From Dehalococcoidia bacterium (GTDB lineage Bacteria > Chloroflexota > Dehalococcoidia > UBA2979): 64,000 nt of DNA. The notes under the pieces were generated by a model. The model had not been told where the DNA came from, ran no database searches, and was given only the letters and a program-made list of their open reading frames with translations. Below, in pieces: positions 1 through 11,232 of the stretch. The position numbers were made by a program, and so were the translations under genes. Numbering within the stretch: position 1 is the stretch's first letter; every line of letters begins with the position of its first letter. Where the stretch lies: contig OY839116.1 of NCBI GenBank assembly GCA_963692775.1, positions 1,701,601-1,765,600 of the forward strand, given 5' to 3'.

Positions 1-169
1 CGAGCATCGCGAGGTCCGCGCCGAACTCGAAGCCGATGCGCACGAGCAGCGCGGCGTAGACCAGCTCCAGCGCGTGCGTGCCCGCGTGCGCCAGCGAGGC
101 GGACACGATCACGCGCCGCTCGAGGCTCGTCCGCTCCTCCGGCGCCAGCGCGCCGGCGATCGTCGCCAT
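1..169 (-). CDS. MFS transporter, N-terminal part (runs off window)
   Basis: Manual translation from ATG at 169: MATIAGALAPEERTSLERRVIVSASLAHAGTHALELVYAALLVRIGFEFGADLAML, resembling MFS TM1 (AHxxxH...Y). Confidence 0.6.
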   Translation of the reverse strand, partial: MATIAGALAPEERTSLERRVIVSASLAHAGTHALELVYAALLVRIGFEFGADLAML

Positions 170-496
170 GCCGCCCGCCGTCCCGCGACCTCGACCGCGC
201 CCGCGAGCATATCGGCGGGTTCGCCCAGCCGCGAGGTTGCGCCCTGACCCGCGCTGCCGTCGCACAAGTTTCGTGCGATTGACTTGCAGTAGCGGAGAGG
301 CGTAGGTTCTCCCTCAGCCTCGACGACAGGGCGATCACCGCCTCCATTTGACAGCGAAAGCAGCGACAAAGCTCAGTTCGGGCCAGCGGTCGGGCAGGCC
401 GGCAAGCAGGCGCCGTCGCGAGCATCGCCGCCCCGGCGAGCCTGAGCGTGACGCCGGACAACGGCCACCTCGACCTGTCCCGGGACGCTGACGGAG

Positions 497-1813
497 GTGA
501 TCATGGCCAAGTCGATCCTGCGTGACTGGGCGATAGCACTGGCGCTTGGGTTCGTCGCGGTCGTCGCGCTGGCTGGCTGTGCCGGCGACGATCCGCCGCC
601 CGAGCCCGAGACCGCCGAATCGCAGACCGTGCCGCCGGCGACAGCAACGACGACCGATGCGCAGACCGAACCTTCCGCTCGCAACACGCCGCAGGCCGCA
701 GACGCAGACGAATCGCCGGAGTGGGCGCTGACGCTCGACCGCAACACGTCGTGGCAGGATGTGTTCGTGACGCTGACGGCCTCCGAGCAGGCTTGCATCC
801 GCGACCTCGGCGACGATGTGACGGCGCTGCTTGCGCGCAATGTCCTGAACGACGAGATGACAGCTTGGGAATCCCACTTCTACGCCTGCCTCGACCCGGA
901 GACCGGCCGCGACCTGCTGCTCGGCTCGGTGCTCCTGGGCATGGAGGAGGAGGGCTGGGAGGCCGACGAGGCGGGAGTGGCCTGCCTTTCGGAGGTCGTG
1001 GCCGACATCGATCCCGCCACCGTTGTGGCAGAGGATGAGGGACCGGAGGTCAACGCATTCGTCGGTGGCGTCTGGCGCTGCCTCCCTGACCTGTTTTTCG
1101 AGTCGTTCGCGGCGGAGATTGGCGTGGACCTCGGCGGGGTCAGTGAGCCGGAATTCGCCTGCATACACGAGTGGTTCCGCGAGTTGGACGTGGTCGCGCT
1201 GCTGAACGCCATAACCGAGGGCGACGACGCGGCGGTGACGGAGCTGGTCTTCCGGCTGTTCCGCTGCTCTCCGGCGTTGCTGACCGCCAGTTTCGGCGAT
1301 GCCGGAGCGGAACTCGACGCCGAGGCAGAAACCTGCGTGCGCCAACTGCTGGATGACGCCGAGGCGTCGGATCTGGTCGACGAAGGTAGCCCGGAGTACG
1401 AGCGCTTCTACGCGGGCCTGCTTGTTTGCGTGCCCGCCCTGCCCGAGCTCACGGACCAGACAAGCGCCCCGAGCGGCGGCCCCGACGACCACGCCGACTT
1501 CCCCGACGGGGCGACCGTGATCGCCATCGGCGTCCAGGCGTCGGGGGAACTAGGCTCGGATGACGACACCGACTACTTTGTCTTCGAGGCGGAGCAGGAC
1601 GGCATCTACCGGATCGACATCGCACTCGTCACGCTGAGTGACTCCGTGCTCACTCTCTACGACGCGGAGTGGCGGGAGCTGGCCTCCAGCGACGACTACT
1701 CCGACACCCTCGCCTCGCGCGTCTTCTGGCAGGCCGAGTACTCCGGCGAGCACTACATCGAGGTCTGGGGCTACGGCCTTGGCGCCTACACCGTGCTCGT
1801 CGAGGCGCGCTGA
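497..1813 (+). CDS. Lipoprotein with four Cys-pair helical repeats and a C-terminal PPC (pre-peptidase C-terminal)-like domain
   Basis: Lipobox LAGC after hydrophobic stretch; GGAGG RBS; C-terminal DDH...GEL..DDTDYFVF...DSVLTLYD...SDD...YIEV PPC-like motif. Confidence 0.7.
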   Translation: MIMAKSILRDWAIALALGFVAVVALAGCAGDDPPPEPETAESQTVPPATATTTDAQTEPSARNTPQAADADESPEWALTLDRNTSWQDVFVTLTASEQACIRDLGDDVTALLARNVLNDEMTAWESHFYACLDPETGRDLLLGSVLLGMEEEGWEADEAGVACLSEVVADIDPATVVAEDEGPEVNAFVGGVWRCLPDLFFESFAAEIGVDLGGVSEPEFACIHEWFRELDVVALLNAITEGDDAAVTELVFRLFRCSPALLTASFGDAGAELDAEAETCVRQLLDDAEASDLVDEGSPEYERFYAGLLVCVPALPELTDQTSAPSGGPDDHADFPDGATVIAIGVQASGELGSDDDTDYFVFEAEQDGIYRIDIALVTLSDSVLTLYDAEWRELASSDDYSDTLASRVFWQAEYSGEHYIEVWGYGLGAYTVLVEAR

Positions 1814-2029
1814 CCCGAGCGTTCCGCCGTGAGGCCGCCGACCCGGAAGGTCACGGCCGGACGGACACTGGAGCGGCAGCCGGACGTTGTGCGCGTCCGG
1901 CTGCCGCTCCCGAAGGCGCTTCGCGGCGTCGAACTCCTCGCTGGCCACGGCCCAGCAGCCACTGTCGACGTCGATGGCGACGTACTCCCCGTCGCCGCTG
2001 CGGTAAGATGGCGTGAGCGGAGGCGGGCG

Positions 2030-2587
2030 ATGACGACCGAGACCTCGACGAAGCTGATGACGGCGGACGAGTTGCTGCGGCTCGGCGATGACGCGCGCGG
2101 CGAACTGATCCGGGGAGTGTTCTGCGAGATGACGCCGACGGGAGCCGAACACGCCGAGATCTCAGCGAGACTGACCATCCGGCTGGGCGTGTTCGTCGAG
2201 CCGCGCCGCCTGGGGCGGCTCGCCGTCGGCGACATGGGCGTCTGGCTCGAGCGCGACCCTGACACCGTGCGGGCGCCCGACATCGCCTTCACCGCGGCGG
2301 AGCGCAGCCCACCCGGCCCCCCGATCACGGGTTACGCGGAGGTCGTCCCCGACCTCGCCGTGGAGGTGCGCTCGCCGAACGACAGCCGCCGCGAGGTCCA
2401 CGACAAGGCGCTGATGTGGCTGAGCCACGGCGTCCGGCTGGTCTGGGTCGTCCACCCCGACACGCGCACCATCGACGTGCACCGCGCGGAGGGCGCGGCG
2501 GCCACGCTGGGGGAGGACGGGGCGCTGGACGGCGGGGACGTGCTGCCCGGCTTCAGTTGCCCCGTCAGCGCCGTCTTCGAGGCGTAG
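2030..2587 (+). CDS. Uma2 family (DUF820) endonuclease
   Basis: MTADELL...GELIRG...H...RAPDIAF...PDLAVEVRSP...GVRLVWVVHP motifs; GGAGG upstream of ATG 2030. Confidence 0.9.
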   Translation: MTTETSTKLMTADELLRLGDDARGELIRGVFCEMTPTGAEHAEISARLTIRLGVFVEPRRLGRLAVGDMGVWLERDPDTVRAPDIAFTAAERSPPGPPITGYAEVVPDLAVEVRSPNDSRREVHDKALMWLSHGVRLVWVVHPDTRTIDVHRAEGAAATLGEDGALDGGDVLPGFSCPVSAVFEA

Positions 2588-2781
2588 CCAGTCCGGTATC
2601 GCCTCCCTCGCTGCCTTCGGACAACGGCCACCAGCCGCTGCGGTAAGCGCGTGCGGGCGCGGCGGGCTGCCCGGCGGCGAGGTTGCGCGCGGCGCGTGCA
2701 TGCGGCGAGGATCAGCGCCGGGCCGCGCGTCACGCCTCGCGGCCCTCGACCCGCCGCCTCCGGAGGGAGAGCCGCCGCGCC

Positions 2782-3516
2782 ATGAGCAAGCTCCGCGACC
2801 GCATCCGCCGCACCTTCCAGCGCCGCCCCGGCCCGCTCGGCTTCGCGCCGCGCAACCGCCAGGCCGACGAGCACCGCTACGTGATCGTGATCGCCGAGGT
2901 CGCCGGCGCCGCCGCCGCCTCCGCAGCCGCCGAAGCGGGCGCCGACGCACTCCTGCACTCAGCGGGCCTCGACGGCATCGCGGCCGTGAGCGAGGCCGCG
3001 GGCGACCTGCCCGTCGGCGCGCGCCTCGAGGCCGCCGCGGGGGGCGACGCCGACGCACTGATCGAGGCGGGGGCGGACTTCCTCGTCTTCGACGACGCAC
3101 AGACCGAGGCCGCCGCGCTGCTGCGCGACGACCTCGGCCACGTCGCGCTGCTGGGCGACGCCGACGCCTCCGAGGAGGAGCTGCGGCTGCTCCAGCCGCT
3201 CGACCTCGACGCGCTGCTCGTGCCGCCGAGCGCGGGGGCGCTCAGCGTGCGCGACCAGCTGCGCACGCGGCGCATCGCCGAGCTGACGCGCAAGCCGCTG
3301 ATCGTTCCCGTCGCGGCGGGCGTCTCCACGGAGGAGCTGCGCATCTGGCGCGACGCCGGAGCGCCGGTCGCCCTCGCCGGCGGCGACGCGGGCGGCCTCG
3401 AGGCCGTCATCGCCGCCGCGCGCGAGGTGCCCGCGCCGCGCGAGCGCCGCGAGGAACGCCCGGACCCGCTGCTCCCCTCGTCCGCCGCCCCCGCCGACGA
3501 CTTCGACGACGACTAG
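2782..3516 (+). CDS. Conserved hypothetical protein, possible aldolase/TIM-barrel-like fold
   Basis: MSKLRDRIRR..PLGF start; alternating beta/alpha pattern with AGADALL and AGADFLVF. Confidence 0.55.
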   Translation: MSKLRDRIRRTFQRRPGPLGFAPRNRQADEHRYVIVIAEVAGAAAASAAAEAGADALLHSAGLDGIAAVSEAAGDLPVGARLEAAAGGDADALIEAGADFLVFDDAQTEAAALLRDDLGHVALLGDADASEEELRLLQPLDLDALLVPPSAGALSVRDQLRTRRIAELTRKPLIVPVAAGVSTEELRIWRDAGAPVALAGGDAGGLEAVIAAAREVPAPRERREERPDPLLPSSAAPADDFDDD

Positions 3517-3576
3517 CGCGAGGTCGCCTCGCGCCTCGCTGACTCCGGGGCGCGGTTGGGGTGGGCTAGAATCTGA

Positions 3577-5784
<2,208 letters not shown>

Positions 5785-5808
5785 TCGCCGCCGAGGGCGC
5801 TCTGGCGC

Positions 5809-6270
5809 CTAACCAGGGTCGGCGATGGCCTTGACCGCCTCGAGGGCGCCGTCGGGGTGGGCCTCCATGTCGCCCTGGTCGTCGATCACCGTGCGCAGCA
5901 CGCCCTCGGCGTCGAAGACGAAGGTGGCGCGCATCGCCGTCGGTCCCTGATCGCGCCCGACGCCGAAGGTCGCGATCGTGCGGTTCGAGGGCCAGTCCGA
6001 GAGCAGCGGGAACTCCGCGCCGATCTCGCGGGCGAACGCGCCTTGGGTGGCCCAGGTGTCGGAGCTGACGCCCACCACGTGGGCGTTCATGGCCTTCAGC
6101 TCGCGGTAGAGCCGCTGAAAGCCCTCCATCTCGCGCGTTCAGCCGCCGGTGAAGGACATCGGGTAGAACGCGATGACCGCGATCGCGCCTCGCAGTTGTT
6201 CGTCGGTGAAGCGCTCGCGATCGGGGTCGCGCAGCGAGAACTCGGGCATCGAATCGCCTGGCTGCAGCAT
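5809..6270 (-). CDS. AhpC/TSA peroxiredoxin, probable selenoprotein (UGA at codon 44)
   Basis: ATG 6270 with AGGAGG RBS; MLQPGDSMPEFSLRD...IAFYPMSFTGG[UGA]TREMEGFQ..., with UGA (6141-6139) exactly at the peroxidatic Cys of PxxxTxxC; frame continues to 5809. Confidence 0.9.
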
Positions 6271-6302
6271 CGTTCCTCCTGCGTCGCCCGCGAGGCGGCG
6301 GG

Positions 6303-6608
6303 CTAGTGCGAGTCTCCGTCGTGGTCGTCGCCGGCGCCCTCACCCTCGGACAGTGCGCCGTGGGGGAGCTGGTAGTCCCAGTGCAGGCCGCGCTGACGCC
6401 GGTAGAGGTAACCGATCGCCGCCAGCACCATCGTCACGGCGAGCCCGAGCCCGACCAGCAGCAGCGCCGTCGCCATGTCTCCGGGCGGATCGAGCGCGGG
6501 GTCGGGATGGTCGGCCGCGGCCAGCGAGGGCGGCAGCGCAGCCAGCACGCCCGCAGCGATTCCGCCCGCCACGCCGCAACTTCGTCGCGTCAGCCGTCGC
6601 ACGCCCAC
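6303..6608 (-). CDS. Small membrane protein, start uncertain
   Basis: Signal-like segment, one TM helix followed by YRRQRG, His/Asp-rich tail. Confidence 0.55.
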   Translation of the reverse strand: MGVRRLTRRSCGVAGGIAAGVLAALPPSLAAADHPDPALDPPGDMATALLLVGLGLAVTMVLAAIGYLYRRQRGLHWDYQLPHGALSEGEGAGDDHDGDSH

Positions 6609-6718
6609 CTCCGGCTCAGCCTCCGGCCGGACCTCGCGAGCGAGTCCGGCGTACGTTCCCGTCCGTCCGGCAGTCTACCACTGCCTGCCGTTGCGTCCGC
6701 GGCGCGGCGCGCCCTCGA

Positions 6719-6748
6719 TTGCCGCTCCGGTGAACCGGCCCATATACT
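6719..6748 (+). promoter_or_regulatory. Putative sigma70 promoter of the rpmH operon
   Basis: TTGCCG-18 nt-TATACT about 100 nt upstream of rpmH. Confidence 0.5.
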
Positions 6749-6849
6749 CCTCGGACACTCACTTCGGCGGCCACCGACTTGCCGCACCGCACGATCGACC
6801 GTGCGATCGACCTCGCGACCGAGCGCCGCGACACCGGACGGAGTTTCAC

Positions 6850-6987
6850 GTGCCGAAGCGAACCTGGCAGCCCAAGCGGATCCCGAGGAAGCGAAAACAC
6901 GGCTTCCGAGCGCGCATGGCGACCCGCGGCGGTCGCGCGGTGCTGAAGCGCCGCCGCGCCCGCGGCCGCACCCGTCTCGCGGTCTAG
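6850..6987 (+). CDS. rpmH: 50S ribosomal protein L34
   Basis: GTG start; [39 protein letters not shown]. Confidence 0.97.
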   Translation: MPKRTWQPKRIPRKRKHGFRARMATRGGRAVLKRRRARGRTRLAV

Positions 6988-6998
6988 CGCGAGGCCCC

Positions 6999-7424
6999 GT
7001 GGGCCGGTCCCGCCCACTCGACGCACAGGATGCAGCGCCGTCGCGCGCCCCGGCGCCCCCGGCCGCGCGCCCCTGCGAGCGGCTGCGCCGCCGCCGCGAC
7101 TTCGAGGCGCTGATGGACCGCCGGGACGCGGCCCCCCCGGTGCGGCGCCGCCTGCTCACGCTGCGCTCGAGGCCGAACGGCCTCGACCACTGCCGCGTCG
7201 GTTTCGCGGTGGGGCGGCCGGTGGGCGGCGCGGTGGTGCGCAATCGCGTCAAGCGGCGGCTGCGCGCGATCGTGCGCTCGCTGCCGCTCGCGCCCGGCCA
7301 CGACATCGTGATCGCCGCCCGCCCGGCGAGCCGCGGCGCGACGTTCGAGGAGCTGCGCGACGCCCTCGCCAGCTGCGCGCGGCGCGCCGGGCTGGCTGCC
7401 CGCGTCCGCGGCGGGAGGCGGTGA
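6999..7424 (+). CDS. rnpA: Ribonuclease P protein component (start uncertain)
   Basis: RLRRRRDF...[24 protein letters not shown] (RNR motif); follows rpmH. Confidence 0.92.
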   Translation: MGRSRPLDAQDAAPSRAPAPPAARPCERLRRRRDFEALMDRRDAAPPVRRRLLTLRSRPNGLDHCRVGFAVGRPVGGAVVRNRVKRRLRAIVRSLPLAPGHDIVIAARPASRGATFEELRDALASCARRAGLAARVRGGRR

Positions 7425-7428
7425 GCGC

Positions 7429-7707
7429 GTGCTGAAGCCGTCGAGGCTGCTGCTGCCGCTGATTCGCGGCTACCAGCGGGCGATCTCGCCGCTGCTGCCG
7501 CCCGCCTGCCGCTACGCGCCGACCTGCTCGCAGTACGCCCTCGAGGCGATCGAGGCGCACGGCGCGCTGCGCGGCGTCTGGCTGGCGCTCAGGCGGCTGG
7601 CCCGCTGCCACCCCGGCCGCGAGGGCGGCCATGACCCGGTTCCCGGCCGCGACGGCGACCCCCGCACCGCCCGCACGGACCTCCCGAGGGACGCGAAGGC
7701 GAGTTGA
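7429..7707 (+). CDS. yidD: Membrane protein insertion efficiency factor
   Basis: YQRAISP...[10 protein letters not shown]...RCHP...GGHDPVP. Confidence 0.95.
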   Translation: MLKPSRLLLPLIRGYQRAISPLLPPACRYAPTCSQYALEAIEAHGALRGVWLALRRLARCHPGREGGHDPVPGRDGDPRTARTDLPRDAKAS

Positions 7708-7720
7708 GAGCGTATAAATC

Positions 7721-7729
7721 TGTGCATAA
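7721..7729 (-). promoter_or_regulatory. Single DnaA-box match
   Basis: TGTGCATAA = TTATGCACA on minus strand, fits TTWTNCACA, within a short AT-rich patch. Confidence 0.4.
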
Positions 7730-7757
7730 CGAACACCACTCAAGAGTTTTAGTTAGA

Positions 7758-8972
7758 ATGACGACTCAAGAGCCTGCGCCCGCTCCCCGCCCTGCTTATG
7801 TTTCACGTGAAACATCTGGCGCCCGGCGGGGGCGCAGCACGGCCTCGCGGGGGCGTTCCGTACCCCTCCCCGCGCTCCTCGCGCTGCTCCTCGCGCTGCC
7901 GCTGCTCGTCGCCTGCACGACCGACGTGAACAGCCCCGATGGCTGGGCGGGGGCCGTGCGGGCGCGCGAATTCACGATTCTGCAGGAGAAGCCCGGCGAG
8001 CTCGTCGCGGTCCGCCTCGGCGGCTCCGACAATCCCGGCACCCCCGACACCGACGAGCGCGTCGCCTGGCGCTTCCCCGGCGACGGCGACGATGTTGACC
8101 TCGACGCCATCTACGCCACCCCGATCCTCGACGGCAATACGCTCTACGTCGTCGGCTACTCGGGCGAGGTCGTCGCCCTCGACCTCTCGTTCGAGCCGCC
8201 GAGCATCATCTGGCTGCGCGATCTCGACGAAACCATCATCGCCACGCCCGCGTTCGACGGCCAGACGCTCTACGTCGGCACCGAGGCGGGCGCGATCGTC
8301 CCGATCACGGTCGCCAGCGGCGCCGTTGGGGCGCCGCTGGCGCAAGCGGACGAGCGGATCTGGTCCAGAGTGCTGCTCGAGGGGGGCGCGCTCTACGTCG
8401 CGGCCCTCGACAAGCGCGTACGGGCGATCAGCCCCGGCGGCGGCGCGATCTGGGCTCAGCCAACGGAGCTGAGCGGCGCCGTGCCCGGCGATACCGTGAT
8501 CGAGGGCGGCCTGCTCGTCGTCGGCTCGTTCGATCGCCGCCTGCACGCCCTCGACGCCGAGACTGGCGCCGAGGAGTGGGCGTTCGACGGCGACGGCTGG
8601 TTCTGGGCGCGGCCCGTGATCGCCGGCGACACCGTCTACGCCGCCTCGACGCGCGGCAGCATCTACGCCCTCAACGCGAGCGGGGGCGACGCCAGCCGCG
8701 TGCGCTGGCGCTTCAACCAGCTCGACAGCGAGATCCGCGCCGCGCCCGTCCTCGCGGGCGGCGTCCTGGTCGTGGCCGCCGAGGAGGCGACGATCTGGGG
8801 CATCGACCCCGCCACCGGCGACCTGCGCTGGAGCGCGCCGCTGCCCGGCCACCGCTTCCTCGCCGACCCGCTCGTGCTCGACTCCAGCCTGATTTATGCA
8901 ACCGCACGAGGCGATCTCGTCGAGATCGACCCGCAATCCGGCCGCGCCGCGATCCTCTACGAGCGGCGGTGA
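7758..8972 (+). CDS. PQQ-like beta-propeller lipoprotein (BamB-like fold; start uncertain)
   Basis: LLVAC lipobox; repeated (LYV/IYA)...ALDA.TG...W propeller blades. Confidence 0.85.
   Translation: MTTQEPAPAPRPAYVSRETSGARRGRSTASRGRSVPLPALLALLLALPLLVACTTDVNSPDGWAGAVRAREFTILQEKPGELVAVRLGGSDNPGTPDTDERVAWRFPGDGDDVDLDAIYATPILDGNTLYVVGYSGEVVALDLSFEPPSIIWLRDLDETIIATPAFDGQTLYVGTEAGAIVPITVASGAVGAPLAQADERIWSRVLLEGGALYVAALDKRVRAISPGGGAIWAQPTELSGAVPGDTVIEGGLLVVGSFDRRLHALDAETGAEEWAFDGDGWFWARPVIAGDTVYAASTRGSIYALNASGGDASRVRWRFNQLDSEIRAAPVLAGGVLVVAAEEATIWGIDPATGDLRWSAPLPGHRFLADPLVLDSSLIYATARGDLVEIDPQSGRAAILYERR
7799..7814. promoter_or_regulatory. parS centromere-like site
   Basis: TGTTTCACGTGAAACA, perfect 16-bp palindromic consensus; parAB lie about 4.3 kb downstream. 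Confidence 0.93.
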
Positions 8973-9003
8973 GGCCGATGACGAGCCGGGAGACGGCGGA
9001 GCG

Positions 9004-10215
9004 ATGACCGACACCTGGCAACTGCTGCTGGAGACGCCGCTCGTCAACCTGATGGTGCTGCTCAGCGTCATCTCGTTCGGCTCCTACGGCGCCGCGATCC
9101 TCGTGTTCACCGTGATCACGCGCGTCGTCACCTTCCCGCTGACCATGCGCACGCTGCGCGCCACCCGCGGACTGCAGGAGCTGCAGCCCGATATGCAGGC
9201 GATCCAGAAGCGCTACTCGGACCCGAAGCGCCGATCCGAGGAGCAGATGAAGCTCTACCGGCGCAAGACACTGGCCTGCGAGGACGGCGGCGTCGCCTCC
9301 GCGGTCCTCGGCTACCCGGTTGAGTGCGACTGGAAGGGCCAGAACTCCGACAAGGGCGAGCTGTTCGAGCAGTACGCGGCGCACCTCGAGCGCATGCACA
9401 GCGTGCGCGTCGCCGACGCCTCGGCGCGGCAGCTCAAGCGCGCCCGCAAGGCGATGAAGGGCGGCATCAACCCGATCGGCTGCCTCGGGCCGCAGCTCGT
9501 CCAACTGCCGATCTTCATCGCGCTCTTCTCGGTGATCCGGCTCACGCTCTCGCAGTCGCCCGAGGACATCCTCGAGCTCTCGGACCGCCTCTACGACTAC
9601 GGGCCGCTGCAGAACGCGTTCCCGCTCGGGACCAGCTTCCTGGGCATGAACCTCTCCGCGAACGGCAGTTTCATCCTCGTCATCGTCATTTTCTGCTCGA
9701 TGTGGCTCACGCAGCGCATCTCCTCGTCGCGCGCGGCGGCGCAGCCGGGGAGCCAGCAGGCGCAGACGCAGCAGATGATGCAGTGGATGCTGCCGCTGAT
9801 GTTCGGCTGGTTCGCGATGTTCGTCCCGGCCGGCCTCGGCCTCTACTGGGCGGCGAGCACGCTGATCGGCCTCGTGCTGCAGTGGGTCTTCGTCGGGCCC
9901 GGCGATTTCACCTGGGGATCGCTGATCCCCGGCTTCGTGCGCAGCCGCATCGGGCTGCCCGTGGAGATCGAGACGCGCACCGAACGCGAACGACGGCTCG
10001 AGCGGGAACGCGCTCGCGCCGCTTCCGGCGAGCCGGAGGACGATACGGACGGCAGTGAGCCGCCGGGCGCGGACGGCGCCGGCGGAGACGAGGGAGGACG
10101 TGATGAGCGTCGAGGAGGTAAGCGGACGGACCGTCGAAGACGCCGTCGAACGGGCTCTCGCCAGGCTCGGGGTGGCTCGCGATCGCGTCGACGTCGAGGT
10201 AATCCGCGAGGGTAA
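9004..10215 (+). CDS. yidC: YidC/Oxa1 membrane protein insertase with inserted domain
   Basis: YGAAILVFTVITR, QELQPDMQAIQKRY, INPIGCL..QLPIFIALF, PAGLGLYW; basic C-terminal tail; operon position. Confidence 0.93.
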   Translation: MTDTWQLLLETPLVNLMVLLSVISFGSYGAAILVFTVITRVVTFPLTMRTLRATRGLQELQPDMQAIQKRYSDPKRRSEEQMKLYRRKTLACEDGGVASAVLGYPVECDWKGQNSDKGELFEQYAAHLERMHSVRVADASARQLKRARKAMKGGINPIGCLGPQLVQLPIFIALFSVIRLTLSQSPEDILELSDRLYDYGPLQNAFPLGTSFLGMNLSANGSFILVIVIFCSMWLTQRISSSRAAAQPGSQQAQTQQMMQWMLPLMFGWFAMFVPAGLGLYWAASTLIGLVLQWVFVGPGDFTWGSLIPGFVRSRIGLPVEIETRTERERRLERERARAASGEPEDDTDGSEPPGADGAGGDEGGRDERRGGKRTDRRRRRRTGSRQARGGSRSRRRRGNPRG

Positions 10216-11218
10216 GCGCGGCCTGCTCGGCTTCGGCGGCGAGGACGCCATCGTCCGCGTCACCACGAAGGGCGACGTGGCCACGCCGGCCCGCGGACGC
10301 CGGGGCCGGCGCGGGGGCGATGGTGGCGGCGGACGCGACGAGGCCCAGCGCGGCGACGCACCGCCTCGCGAGGGCCGCGGCGGCGGCCGGCGAGGACGGC
10401 GCGGCGGGCGCGGGGGACGCGGACGCGGGCGCGGCGGAGATCGCGGCCGCGGAGACGACCGCGGCGGCGGCGCCTCGGCGAGCCGTGACCGCGACCGCGA
10501 GCGCATACCCTTCGAGGGCGAGTTGCCGCTCGTGCCGGGCGCGCCCGACGACCTGCCCATGGCCCCGGCCGCCGACGCCGAGGACGAGATCGACTTCGCG
10601 GGCAGCACGCTGCGCGAGGTGCTCACGCTGCTCGGGCTGCTCGACACGCAGATCGAGGCGCGCGAACCGGAGACTCCCGGCGACGGCGTCGGCCGCACCG
10701 CCCAGGTCTTCGAGATCACGGGCGACACCGAGGACGCCTCGGACGAGCTCGGCCTGCTGATCGGCCGCCGCGGCGAGACGCTGGGCGCGCTGCAGTACCT
10801 GCTCAACGTCATCACCAGGCACCACTACGGCGAGGCCAACCACGTCTTCGCCGTCGATGTGGAGGGCTACAAGCGCCGACGCGAGCACTCGCTCGTCGAG
10901 ATGGCGCGGCGCGTCGCCGCCGAGGTGCGCGACACCGGCGACGTGATCACGCTCGAGCCGATGAAGCCGGCCGAGCGCCGCATCGTGCACCTCGCGCTCA
11001 GCGAGGAGCCCGGAGTCACCACGGAGAGCGTCGGCTCCGGCAACGCACGCCAGGTCGAGGTGCTCCCCACCGACTACGAGAATGACTACGACGATTATGA
11101 TGAGGAGGCGGAGTACGACGGCGACGAACCTGCTGCCGAGCTCGACGAGGACGACGCCGAGCCCGTCGAGGACTACGACGACGAGGACGACGAGGACGAC
11201 GAGGGGCCGAACAGGTAG
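10103..11218 (+). CDS. jag: Jag/EloR (KhpB) RNA-binding protein
   Basis: Jag_N (GRTVEDAV...GLLGFG), KH (LLIGRRGETLGALQY), R3H (ERRIVH); GGAGG RBS. Confidence 0.93.
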   Translation: MSVEEVSGRTVEDAVERALARLGVARDRVDVEVIREGKRGLLGFGGEDAIVRVTTKGDVATPARGRRGRRGGDGGGGRDEAQRGDAPPREGRGGGRRGRRGGRGGRGRGRGGDRGRGDDRGGGASASRDRDRERIPFEGELPLVPGAPDDLPMAPAADAEDEIDFAGSTLREVLTLLGLLDTQIEAREPETPGDGVGRTAQVFEITGDTEDASDELGLLIGRRGETLGALQYLLNVITRHHYGEANHVFAVDVEGYKRRREHSLVEMARRVAAEVRDTGDVITLEPMKPAERRIVHLALSEEPGVTTESVGSGNARQVEVLPTDYENDYDDYDEEAEYDGDEPAAELDEDDAEPVEDYDDEDDEDDEGPNR

Positions 11219-11232
11219 GGAGCGCCTCGAAC

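Noticed and set aside
6842-6857. GTTTCACGTG parS-like half site at the rpmH start
   Set aside because: The right arm does not match, so it is not a palindrome
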